From Paragordius varius (Eukaryota > Animalia > Nematomorpha): a stretch of 64,000 nucleotides of DNA. The stretch's first letter is position 1; each line of letters starts with the position of its first letter. Below, one piece after another: positions 32,656 through 45,025 of the stretch. A program made the position numbers and the translations under genes. Location: the NCBI GenBank assembly GCA_964247055.1, contig OZ176056.1, positions 4,340,001 through 4,404,000 on the forward strand. The letters run 5' to 3'. Below the pieces are notes generated by a model that was not told the DNA's origin, did no database searches, and worked only from the letters and a program-made list of their open reading frames with translations.

Positions 32656-35600
32656 TTATAATTTGGGTATTCGCCTTAATTCATGTGTAAGCCAAATAGC
32701 AATGCTAAGAACAGTTAAAGAACCGGCTTGATGACATGAAGCCAGGAAAGTCGGAACATATAATAATAGCGTTGATATTCCCAAAGTTACCTAAATTAGA
32801 TAATTTATATATATTTGGCAATTTGAGAGTAATATGATAAATTTTTGGTTCACAAGAAAGGCTTAAAATATTGTTAAAATCATAAAACTATATAAAAAAA
32901 TTACTTTATAAATAAGTTTTAAATGCAGTATCAATATAATATATCAAAAAAAGCGTTTGATCAGTATATTGCAATAAACTTAGGAAAAAAAATTTCACTA
33001 TGCATCACATAAACATTTAGAATTGTCTTAAAACAAAGTTGAAGAGGGGTATAGTTTGACATTTTGTTCGGTATTTATCTGTAATTGTCTGAGGACGAAT
33101 AATGAATCGAATACGCTTTTAGCCGCCTAAAAGGCAAATTTCATTTGAATTGAGATATGCTGAGCGATACGATTTTTTAGCATGTTTCAATTTCAACCCA
33201 GGCTCAAGAAGTTTAAGGGCCTGTATAAGGAGAAGTTTAGAATCCTCTATTTTTAAAGCTAGGATAAAACTTTTTTCCCAGTCTGTGGGTAATTTCATTA
33301 CAACTATTATTTTGTTAGATAAATTTGTTAAATGCATGTATATATTGGCTATCAATTTTATGCAAAACTATTTCACTTGATTTCATGTCTTAGGCAATTT
33401 CGATTTGTATTGTAAATCTTAATACGCCACAACAAGGATCTCTGTCAGAAATCATGATGGGGTGTTAAAGGGTTATTTATATTTTGTTCCATATATTTTT
33501 GCCATATTTGTAAATTATTATTATTAGCTTTTATACATTTAAACGTTGGTATATCGTTTTATTATTGTAATGTTTCATATGTTTGAAAATTTATAATTTT
33601 GGATTAACTTTTCCAATTTATCAACAATATTTAGCCTTACCATTCATTAATTTATTTATTTCCTGTTGTACCTTTTTCGTTAGTCGCACAGTCAGTTTTG
33701 GCCATATTGAAACATATTTAAAGTCCTGATCCCAAATATCCAGCTTTCATTTATCAGACAAGCTTTTTTGGGGTGCATATACGGAAATTATATTGGTGAG
33801 GATCGATATGTTATAATATATCATTCAAACTTGAAACATCCTATCGCTGAATAGTGTCACGCTGATTAGTATCGTTGGATTTCTTTCATCGTTATAGCGA
33901 CAATCCTATGTAGATTTCCGCGTGGTGATGTGAAACTTACAAACTGTATAAAGCTGACGGAAAAGGTTGTTTTGAGAAGATCGTCGTATTTTTAGACATT
34001 TTCTAGCCTGGTAGAGCGAATAAGGTACTCTGACTCTGAATTAAAAGGGTTGGTTTATAAGGGCATATAACCCGTAAAACCTTACCCAATTGCAAAACTT
34101 TGAATAAACGACTTATAAAAATGATTGATGCTAACTAACCTTTATTTCAAATCGATATAAATGATAATATATTAAATAATGCTAATACACTTATAAAAAC
34201 AAAATATGTAATCATACAAATAATAATTCAAAAACAATAAATTGATAAACCAAGTACAAATGAACAACCAAAATAAAAATAAGATACATGAATCCGAATA
34301 AAAACTTCAAATCTATAACGGAATAGTTCTAAACTGGTTCTTGGAATGTTGGATCAATTGTAAATAAGCAATGGATGGTTATAGATACGGTGCGAAACTT
34401 AGTCCTAAACATATAGGCTGTCTACAAGAAGCTCCATATAAAAAATGCAGGTGTGAAAAACTCTAATGAATATTTATTATTGGAATCTGGCGTCGCCATA
34501 ATGTTTAAAGAAACCCATCGACAGAATTTAATCAGCGATAGGTAAATTCAAGCTCGAATGATATAATAACAAGTCAATCCTCAATATAATTATTTTGTCT
34601 ATATAATTTGAAATTTTTACTGTAAAGCATTTTTTTAGATTATAAAAAATACTTGAGTGATCCCAGCTATGGCTAATGCATTACTGGCTAATTTTAAACG
34701 CCGTATTGATTGATTTGTAGCCAATTTTGCATTGCCAAGTATAGCTGTGTTAATGGCCTTTCGTGTAACAAACCAGGTTGAAACAATCGCACCAAATGTT
34801 ATGTAACCCTAAATTGTAAAGGAAATATATATTTTTAAACATTAGCAATACTATGCGTATATTAATGTAAAATGAATAAAAACAAAAAGAGATATGATAT
34901 ATACCATTTAAAATTCAAATTACCCTTGAACAATATAAATTCACCCTTGAACAATTCAAATTCACCCTCAAATAAAATATATGTATTTTAAGATTAAAAA
35001 TAACCTATATTTTTATATATTTTTGAAAAATAAAATTTTTTAAATTAAAATAATACTGAAAAAAATAAATGCCATAAAGATATATTTTATATTTATAATG
35101 AGTTATATTAGTTCGAAAACACATAATGGACGGATCAAAAATTTGTATGTATATTTTAATGAAAAATTACAATTAAAAAAGACAACTGTAAAAAAAATTA
35201 TTTCAAACTTATTATTAACTAATAAGTAATTAATAATCATAATGATTTTTTTCTAGTAATTATCTTTATGTAAAGCTCTAGCAAATTATATACTTTATTT
35301 TGGGTAAAATTATACCAATAATCGATGATCAAATTGAACAGTGGACGGATTTTCAAACAAATTTCGCCAAAAAGGTCGAAAATACGTTAATTCAGGAGTT
35401 GGTGGTTTCCAACTTTCACCCATAAGTGGGAAAGAATTATATATGAGACCTGCGTCTAATCCGGCCACGAATGCTCCTTAAAAAGATTGTTGTAAAGATT
35501 GGAAATTTACGAAAATTGATAAAAAGTTATAGATTGTCATATTTTTTAATGTAGACCACCATATTTTTATTTTATTTCTTTTCTTGATTACCTACATAAT

Positions 35601-38308
35601 AAAGGAGTCGAAATACGAAATGGAGATTAAGTGACATGAACAATATTTTATATTTGACAAGATAAATAAGTTGGTATAAGCAATATAATTAAAAAATGTC
35701 TTTTGAAAAAATCATAGTTTACTTTTATGTTTCCTGTATTTATATAATATTTTTTTATGCGAAACTAAATTAATAATTTACCCGACAAAGCTGTAAGAAA
35801 TATTAAGGATTTCGTTCCATGGGCAAAACGTCTAACAATTTGAAAGGGTGGTTTTTTAACATCAATCTAAATGTAAAATAAAAAATTTTTATTTAAAAAA
35901 ATTTATTTTATCAAAAATATTTTTGCTCTGAACCTTATATGAGAGTAAAAGTTGGCTTTTGATAAATAATTTTATTATTATAAATAAATAATTTAAATCT
36001 AACAAAAAGTTATAATTGTTAAATAAAATATTTTAATAAAATTATAGTTATTTTAGAATAATATAATGCAAACATCTAGAACGATCCAATCAGTATTAGA
36101 GAATGTCAAATTTTTGATAAACATATTTTGAATATTATATACAATAGTGCCCCTTATAAGGACACACACTGCTGAAATATTTTAAAAGGCTCTGCAACTA
36201 AACTCATGTTGATCATCATAGACTTTTCCGTGTCACCGTTTATGTTTCATGCCAAATTAAAACTTTTACAAATGACGCTTAAACAAATTTTACTTATAAT
36301 ATTATTTCCAAAATTTTAAAACATCAAACTTTTAAAAAGTTTTAAAACATCTATATGAAACGTATATAAAATGAAAATATAAAACACTTCAAGTTTAGTG
36401 GGTAGGGTATAATTGAATGTTCCCCACAGTAACAGGGAATACAAGATAAAAGCTGTTCCAAGATGTGCAGCCAATCTATAAGGACTAACTCTAACAGGCT
36501 GTTGTTGTTCTTCTTGTCCTGAGGAATGATAAGACGTGCCGAAATTAATCGGTAAATATTTTAAAATATTATCGCTTTCAAGGTTTTCATTTTCATTATT
36601 TCTATTTTTATTGTGGTCCTTTATTTTTGGATCTATATTGAATGTGGGTATGTTTGGCAATGTAAGTCCAGATTTAACCATATACCAACCTAGTAGACCC
36701 TATATGGAGGACAAAACAATTAGATGTTTGGATTCAATAAAATTCAAGTGCTTAAAGCATAATATAATGGTTTAATGGCAGTGTCATTTATAAGTAATTA
36801 ATTTAAGGGAGTTACATAAAATTATCTGAACAAAAGAAGTAAGCAAACCGAAAAAATGGATTTTTTGCAAAACAAAATGTTTTTGACAAATAGAATTAAT
36901 TCTAAATTTTTTATATAAGCGTTATATAAAAATAAACTTATTTTGCAAGATTCCTAATTTCCTCAGCAAAACAATGGTAAATTCATGTATACCCAATTAA
37001 ACTATACTTGAATAAGAAAAAGTCCTGAGATTGCGTACATTCGTTTAACAAATACGATTGGCATAGCATGTTTCAGCATAAAACCAATAGCGGGAACCAA
37101 AAAAATAAAACCACTTAGCCTCCCGGCTTGTCTATGAGCATATTCCATCCACCAAATTCGTTTGAAATCTCTCAGAGTTATATCAGAGTTTTTTCTATAA
37201 AACGAATACAGGTAAAGGAGGTTTTTATATAGTGCTCATAATATATATTTATTAGTAATTTTTGACGATTTCCAAAAAGGAATGTTTTTGGCATAATATA
37301 AAAGATATAAGCCTTTATACGTATAGAGAATTCAAATCAAAATATTGGGTAAAATTGCAATCCAAAAACTCTTAAAAATGTTAATAAATAATTTTAGAAT
37401 TTGTACCATTTGCAATACCGTTTACCAAAAAATCATTAAATTTATAAAAACGGGTAAATTATTTAAATAAAAATATTTTTTTTCACTTTTAAAAGATTTT
37501 ATGGAATAATTATTAGTAAATAGCAAATAATTTCCATAATTAATGCAAAATCTGTAAGAGATATATATAGTATATAATATCTACTTTTATCATTTTATTG
37601 TTTTGATTATTATTATTGACCGTATTGTATTGCATAGATTTGAGTTATTTAAATATAGACGTTTTGTTTAAAAAATGTATGCAAACCAAAGTATTTCGTA
37701 AACCAAACTTTAATTGCAACAAGTGTCAAGTTTTTCTAAAAAATACGTAAAAACTGACCCTAATTTTTAACATGGTTTTAAAAGGATCGGTAACATAAAA
37801 ATATTTTCGTTTCCAAAAAGTCAAAAACTAAAGCCCATTAAATAACCCGTTATAAACCCGTATTATTGCGTTTTTTGTGGAAATGGTACATAATTTTCTA
37901 GAAAAAAAAGTTGATTCGCAAAAAATATTACATTTTAAATTCAGGATATTGCTTATATTTTTCAAATTCTATCTCCCATTGTGCATGTGACTTGGGTGGA
38001 GATTCCTTAAAAAGACTCCATGTAACCATAGACAAACCAGATTCTGTAAGCCGGGTAATTCCACCAAGAATTATCGTGCAAAATACGGCACCAGTTGAAG
38101 TGGCCAACCAAATTCCCATATATTTTCTAATTTTCACATCTCTTGCTGTCATATTTTCCATAAAAACAATATTAGGCGCAGCATTGTGCGTGTTTTTAGC
38201 AAATTGGGTATTTAATCGCAGACAATGATTCTACAACATGTAAAAGTAAAAATATACCCTAACAATGGACTTATGTATAGCTTTAAAAATTTGGTTTGAA
38301 AACCACAT
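32656..38308 (-). CDS. COX15: Heme A synthase COX15
   Basis: Exons 38308-38258, 38230-37932 ([17 protein letters not shown]...[12 protein letters not shown]), 37194-37008 ([15 protein letters not shown]), 36699-36388 ([12 protein letters not shown]...[11 protein letters not shown]), about 35866-35782, 35476 to about 35316 ([10 protein letters not shown]...FDHR), 34808 to about 34653, 32790-32656 ([24 protein letters not shown]). Confidence 0.95.
33000..34060 (-). mobile_element. Degenerate RTE-like LINE fragment (APE endonuclease plus RT remnants) in the last COX15 intron
   Basis: Minus-strand SDR...[20 protein letters not shown] at about 33.85-33.72 kb, and [10 protein letters not shown]...PLFNFVL at about 33.3-33.0 kb. 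Confidence 0.65.
34325..34560 (+). mobile_element. Second RTE-like APE endonuclease N-terminal fragment, inverted relative to its neighbour
   Basis: [11 protein letters not shown]...LQE...SGVAIMFKE...ISDR. It shares nucleotide similarity with the minus-strand copy around the VAI...SDR segment. Confidence 0.65.
34899..35126. mobile_element. MITE family 1 copy, right arm missing, in a COX15 intron
   Basis: ATATACCATTTAAAATTCAAATTACCCTTGAAC plus the family core. Confidence 0.7.
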
Positions 38309-38864
38309 GGATTTATAGTTCAAGCATAAATACAAATGATGTCTTAAATTTGGTATATTGTTAAAATTACATATTTAACAACACATTAAACCTTGGTTTC
38401 GCTTTAAAATTTATAGTAGTTATATTATAAAAATATTTATAATAAAATCCTAATGTAATATCTTGATACTATTTGCATGTAAGCCATCAAAAATATCCTG
38501 ATATATATTTTCTGATAAAAAAGAATTTTTATCTTTTGGTAATCACGAATGATATAAAATGTTATCTGCACTTTAGTAACTTAATAAAAAATAATTCCAA
38601 AATACCTACATTTTAAAAATAATTAATGGTAATAAATGCTTCATTTCAAAAAAATATATCAACAATTTATTCAAATCTGTAACTAGTGACGCCCAGACAA
38701 ATAAATGATATTATTTAAAAGCTACTGTAAGGGACGGTTTCATAAAATTATTCTTTATCCTAAAAAAATTGGATAATATAGCCTTAATATCTATATAAAA
38801 ACAACGCATTTTTACATTTTTGCATTATATCATGTTTTTTATTCGTCCAAACATCTAGCATTCA

Positions 38865-39400
38865 ACACTCCGATTTAAATTGAGGTATATAAATACCCCC
38901 GACCATATTAAAGTTGATATTTTAAAAAAAATTGAAAGAAACGGTCCCAATTTAAATTTATGTTTCGATCTTAATTAAATTATATAAATAGGCCGAAATA
39001 TCTAAATAAAATTTTGTTTTTATAAAAAATTTCCATGTCAAACTACTTCGAAGCCATTTTTGTTTTGCAACATTTTTGCACAGTATCGTGATTTTTAAAG
39101 CTAAAATGAAAGTTAATTTTTCATTTAAATCACATCTAACATTGATAGAAACAGAAAATGTGGTTTATTTTTTATAATTTTTAAATTTAGATAACGCACA
39201 CATGTCATGTTTACTATATTTTTACCTTTAGGTTGTACCTAAAAATAAGTAATTATCAAGTATTTTTGGATGAAATTTTTTATATATTTCGGTTTATTAG
39301 TGTTATATAATTGACTTCAAGCATTTAATTTTAAACAGGCCTGCGGTGAACTACCTTAATTTGAATCAAAGGACTGAATTGAATGTGTTGTATCCAAGAG
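38865..39400 (-). mobile_element. MITE family 2 copy (reverse orientation)
   Basis: Reverse-complement match to 5639-6212; ends ...GTGTTGTATCCAAGAG|TTAA. Confidence 0.75.
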
Positions 39401-39720
39401 TTAAACAAAATAGTGTTTTATTTTACAATTTTATATATCTAGCTAAACATGTCACATTGTCTGAATATTTAGCTTCAGTTTTATTCATAAAGAAAATTAT
39501 ATCATTTTTTAAATACTTATTGTATTTAGGTCGTGCAATGGTTTCAATTTTTTCCATATTTTTAGAAATATATTATTTAAACAGGCTTGGACAAGGCCCC
39601 AATTTAAATTAGAGGAGTAAGAATATGTGCCAATCAAATTATTATTTTATTCCAATTTTAAATCCGTAAAATAATGGTAAAAAATTAAATAGAAAATTAA
39701 TTGAAAGTTATATTTATTAA

Positions 39721-40300
39721 CACTTGGATACAACAGATTCATTTTAGTCCTTCGATTCAAATTGGGGTAGTTGGATACCCCAGGCCTGTTTAAAAACACA
39801 TACTTTAAAAAGTATGGAAGCAATCGAAACCATGGCATAATTTTGGACTTTTATAACATTAATAAACCGAAATATATAAAAATTTTATTCAAAAATACTT
39901 GATATTACTTATTTTAAGCTAAAACTGAAAGGTAAAAATTTAGTCAACATGGCATGTGTCAAATTGTAAAATTAAAAAATAATACAAAATAAACCGCTTT
40001 TTCTATTTCTATCAATGTTAGATGTAATTTATATAAAAATTAAGCTTTAGTTTTACCCTTAAAATTAAAAGAAGACGATATTTTGCAAAATTTTTGTAAA
40101 ATAAAAATGGCGTCGAAGAAGTTTGAGATGGAACTTTTTTTCAAAACAAAATTTTATCAAGATATTTTGGCATATTTATATAATATTTATCAGGATAGAA
40201 GCATAAATTTAAATTGGGACCGTTTCCTTCAGTAGTTTTTTAAAAATTTTAATTTAAATTTAGTCTGGGGTATTTAGATACCCCAATTTGAATCGAAGTG
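39721..40300 (+). mobile_element. MITE family 2 copy, full length with TTAA on both sides
   Basis: TTAA at 39717-20 and 40301-04; collinear with 5639-6212. Confidence 0.8.
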
Positions 40301-40339
40301 TTAACAGAAATTATAAACAATATGTAAAACCTTTTCGTC

Positions 40340-40396
40340 AATAGTAATCGTTGACTAGTTTCGTGCTTCTTAGCACTCATCAGTACGACACAACTT
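40340..40396 (-). ncRNA. Second copy of the minimal type-I hammerhead ribozyme
   Basis: The minus strand reads GTTGTGTCGTA-CTGATGA-GTGC-TAAGAA-GCAC-GAAA-CTAGTC-AACGATTACTATT. The core is the same as at 30.4 kb, with a loop II change and an A.A mismatch at the first helix I pair. Confidence 0.8.
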
Positions 40397-42500
40397 ATCA
40401 TTATCATATGAATTCGACAACTGTCATTACAAAACATAATCAATTCGTCATTTACCATTACAAAAAATATTTATATTGAATTAGATAGACAGGCTCGAAA
40501 GTCGTAAATTTTAAAACTGCTCTAATTACTCATTTTCTTAAATAAACGGGAAAATTCGGAACTGAGTAATAAAAAAATTAAGAATGCATATTTTTCCTAA
40601 TTATTTGGCAAAATTTATTTAAAGGCATGGTGGAAACGGGATAAAAATGTTTTAAATAATATAAAAACTGTTTAATATTTAATGTGCTGACCATTTTTAT
40701 CATCTCAGAATTTTATTTAAAAAATTAATTTGTATTAAAATTTGGGTAAATTTTGTGAAAACACATTTATTCGACGCCGGTGATCGAAATTTTCTGTATC
40801 ATCGAATTATATAGAAATTATATTTGTTAACTTACAGTATATCGTAATTAACATCAATTAATTTGAAATATATATCCAGATGACATTTTTGATTTATATT
40901 TGCTATTATGATATCATGTTATCAGGACTTATTTTAAATTATTTTATATTAATTTTCATTATTTACTAAAACATTTTTATAACGGTTTGACCATTTATAT
41001 CACTAATTAGCTTCAGCAACACTTAGCCAAAATATAAATTTTTAACAAAAATAGGCTATTTTAACATTTATATATATCATTATAAGTTTAATAATTTAAG
41101 TATCTTGTTTCATTAATCATATTAAAAATAAAAGGATTTTTATTTAAATTTTTTTGATCGACTGGAAAATGGTTGTAGTCGAGTCGATTTTTACAGGTGC
41201 CATATATAAAACCTATCCATAATTTGAATATTTTTTTGAAATAAAAAAATTGTTTTATTATCAGTGCTGTTTTTACCATACGTACTAATGTAATTGATCT
41301 ATATGTTTATAAAGATGTAGAATGTCGGGCTTTAGACAATTATGGGAAAAACTTATATAACCATGCTTTCAAAGAGGGTGTTGTAATTCAAATGTACCTC
41401 GTGTGAAAGAGGAATTTAAATTAGTACCTTAATTCGACCCCGCGTGCGTGCTAATGGAAACGTTTTAATTAGAATCCAAAGAAATATTTTTCCATTCAAT
41501 TTTCATAAGTAGTCATTATATTTGCTCGTTTAGGTGCGTCCCGTTTTAAAATCCGAATTAGAAAAAAACATTGGTTTAGTTTTAATTATCCAGAAATTCT
41601 GTAGCTTATTCATTTTCAAAACCGTTATATTTATTTATAAATGTGTCGACGGCGGCATTGTCATTTTACTTCCCTCCTTAGTTCATCCCCATCCCCTAGC
41701 TGGAGTTCTTAAACAAATATAGGAAGATTAATTTTATAGTTTGCAACTCTTATCTCCACCCAGGCTTTTGAAAGAATACATATTGGCTTTGAAACGATTT
41801 TCTCAAAAACGTATAAAAAATAGTTTTAAGTTTCTATATTGTCTCCAAGGTGAAGAGCCAATCTTTTAGCCGTTCTAATCACGTTGTTCGAAAAAATAAA
41901 TAAATCTTGATTTCATCTATATTTTATTAAACGTATAAGGGCGTAGATATTATTATTAAACCTATTAATTTCTATTTTAAGGGTAAAGTGTCAAGCACTT
42001 TTTAGTGCGAAGGCCATGGCTCCACCTTTGAATACGCGAGATTATGTAAATTAAAAAAACTTTGTTATTACTACAGCATTATTTTCATACGATCCCTTTC
42101 TGGGCTGAAATCAAGGGGGAGTCATTTTTTAAACTCTGGGATTTGTTGCTAACCTGTGTAAATATATCCTAGATTGAACTTTTTGATCATTTTTTAGATT
42201 AAAATCTTGTATTGTAATATAATTATTATTTGAATATGAGCAATTTGAAAAGGCACATTTTTAATAGACAATAATAAAGGGATAGTTAGGATTCATTTTT
42301 AGTTGGCATTTAAGGCACTGAGGTATGACCCCTCGTGAGGCCAAACAGTTATTTATAAAATATCATTTTTTTATTGTAAAATTCTTTTTTGTTAAACTTA
42401 TGTTCTTCACCTTTTGCCCAGCGTTGCAAATAAATAAAATTGAATATTTTGAGTAAGATAAACTTTAATTTAAAATTATATTTGATTGGATTTGATAAAA

Positions 42501-44333
42501 ATGAAAATATTTCTTTCAATATTCATTGTATATGGTAATTTTTTGGACAAATTAACAATGTCAATAAATATTAATGTTAACCCATGTCAAATTTAAACTT
42601 TTGGTTTCTTAACAATTTATAAAATTTATTAAGTTTTAATTATTAAAAAGATAAATAATATAATATCAACTATCGGTCCGAAAAAACTAATTAATATCTA
42701 TCAGATTGGAATTAATATCTGTGTCTTAAATTTATTTATGCCAATTTTTAAATTTTTTATGTAAAATATAGGGATAGTTTTACACTTTAAAGCAAAAATC
42801 TATTTTTACAATATATATTGACTGCATTATTCAAAAAATTTAAAATCGCATTTATTAGATTTTATGCTAAACATTTGAAACATAGTTTATGACTAAAAAA
42901 TTGATATGCTTTTTGCCTACCATTTTTACACATTTTTTTTATTCATGGTTTATAATTAGCTTTGTAATTTAAATTTAAATTTAAATGCAATCGGAATTTC
43001 TGACCTTAAAACTTACCTCTAAATAATAAATGATTAATTATCTATCATAAATGTCGAAAACAGGCCCAATATCACATATAAAGGTAATGAAGCTTTATAT
43101 ATAAAATATAATTATATCAAAGGATTTGTATTAACTTTTGAATAAAAGGAATACAATTTAAAAATGATTTCTAATTTTTTTCATTTTAAATTGAAATAAA
43201 ATCCGAGGTTATCCCATTTTAATCTCATTATGCGGACAAATAAATTTTTTAAATGTTAAATTAATAATATATATTTTAAGGACATTCCATAGCTAATGGC
43301 TATTTTAACGACACAAATACGAATCCCAATCATATTCCAATTTGGCCAACTTTGAACCATAAAAGGCCAGGTAAGAGCATATATATATTTTTATAATTTG
43401 AATATGTATATATATGATTTCAAAGTCTAATTATATAAAATGAATTAAAAAGTATATAAAAACACTTCGTATCCAATAATTGTTAAACATCAGTCAGGGC
43501 AAGTTATCATTAAGCTTTCATAAAATTTACTACCAATGTATAGAAAGGGGTTTTATATAAAAAATGGTGACCAACATAAATGCCTTAGCGGGCCAAATTT
43601 CTAACTCGAAAGCCGCATTTCAAATATATATGAACAATCATTAATAATTGATAAATTCAAACATAAAACTGTAAAATATGTATACACAATATAACAATTT
43701 TTTAGACTTATTTTCATAAAATTATTTAAGAAATATCCATTTTACTAAGATTTTGTGAACATATTTTTGTTTATGAAGTTTCATACGCGGGTGGCGTGTT
43801 GGTCACCCTTAAACCTAACAAAAATAAAGCTATATTAATCAACAAAAATAGATTGGCAAAATATGGATAAAAGTATGGGTAATAGCCATGCCATTGGAAA
43901 TATTACTACGAACAGAATTGATGAAGTTTATGCAAAGCCTAAGGCATACAAATTTACCAAGAATGGTATCCCTGCTAAAATATAATTATTATTGATTCAA
44001 ATATTTTTTTAATTAAGTTTGTAATTACAATGATATTGTTGTTTTCTATAGATTTAGACTTAAAATTAAATAAATCTCGTACGGTTTTGGCAAGTAATAT
44101 TTATTTATATTATAAATTTTAACCAAATTATATCGTATAACCCTGATATAGAAGTCAAAACAAGATCAATTTCTGATTCCAACTTTGTTTTAAGGATTAA
44201 TGGTAAAACATTTTAATATGTACGTTTTTAGTGAGGGGTTAATTTTATATATATATATATATACTTTAATATGTAAGAGAAAAAATTTTTTTGTTACTCA
44301 TCCATTCAAAATTTAGATAGCTTCCAAAATTAG
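42501..44333 (+). CDS. Unknown secreted glycoprotein, paralogue A: N-terminal exons (and a possible short isoform ending DSFQN*)
   Basis: Exons 42501-42534, 43281-43370, 43852-43965, 44052-44093, 44152-44202 and a stop-containing exon 44317-44333. They give MKIFLSIFIVYGHSIANG/YFNDTNTNPNHIPIWPTLNHKRPDWQNMDKSMGNSHAIGNITTNRIDEVYAKPKAYKFTKNDLDLKLNKSRTVLAKVKTRSISDSNFVLRIN. The signal peptide is split over exons 1-2, all introns are phase 1, and differences from paralogue B are mostly synonymous. Confidence 0.8.
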
Positions 44334-45025
44334 ATTAACATTTCTAAATTTTTAAATGACGAACGCGTCTCTCAGATAGAGATAATATAGTGGAATGACA
44401 TTGGTAATTATATTCGGGTCCTACTATCCAAAAATTATGATTTAAAAAAATTTAGGTCTAAAAAAATTATTTATACCAACATTGAAACCTAGGTAAATGT
44501 ATCCTCCTATTGTTATTTTCAATAACTAAATAAATTAAACAGTCCTTAACTCGTATCTTTTAATCCTAACAACTTAATCTGCAATTTTAATATTATTTTG
44601 CCAGATCTCTACAATATAAAATAAATTCTTTGGATATGCTCAACATTAAATTATCTAATTTAAATATTAAAATTCGGTGCATATTGTTAAATATAGAAAT
44701 CTATATGAAACAATTATATAGTTATTCCAAAAATAATATATTTTTATTTGTAATTTTAGGTTAATGTCAAACATTAAGTGATATTATAATAATTTTTAAC
44801 TATATTTGCAACAATCAATTATCGTTTAAAGCATTTTTAAATTTTTGCCTCAAATGTGACATAATTAATTTAGGGGTCTAGGAAAGCTGGTTTTTTTACT
44901 TTCTTTAGACATCAAAATATTACATCAATATAAATGGTAACAAACTCAATTTCTTAAAATAGATTTTATAAAAAAATTTTAATATCATAAATGTTTATTA
45001 AGCCTTTACATTGCAATTATTTTAG

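Noticed and set aside
37650-37750. Cys-rich peptide [23 protein letters not shown] resembling a piggyBac C-terminal domain
   Set aside because: Too short and frame-broken, with no adjacent transposase or TIR found.
41256-41605. Possible small plus-strand gene upstream of paralogue A (…DVECRALDNYG…, GASR…NYPE.L*)
   Set aside because: Copy B has in-frame stops and compensating indels, no start codon or coherent splice path was found, and no homology was recognised.
44874-44936. Candidate exons GGGTCTAGGAAAGCTG (16 nt) and ACATCAAAATATTACATCAATATAAATG (28 nt), conserved in both paralogues
   Set aside because: They are not symmetric, would need an 18-19 nt intron or an unidentified phase-0 partner, and the longer fused reading is frameshifted between copies. 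Left out of the model, though they may be real.
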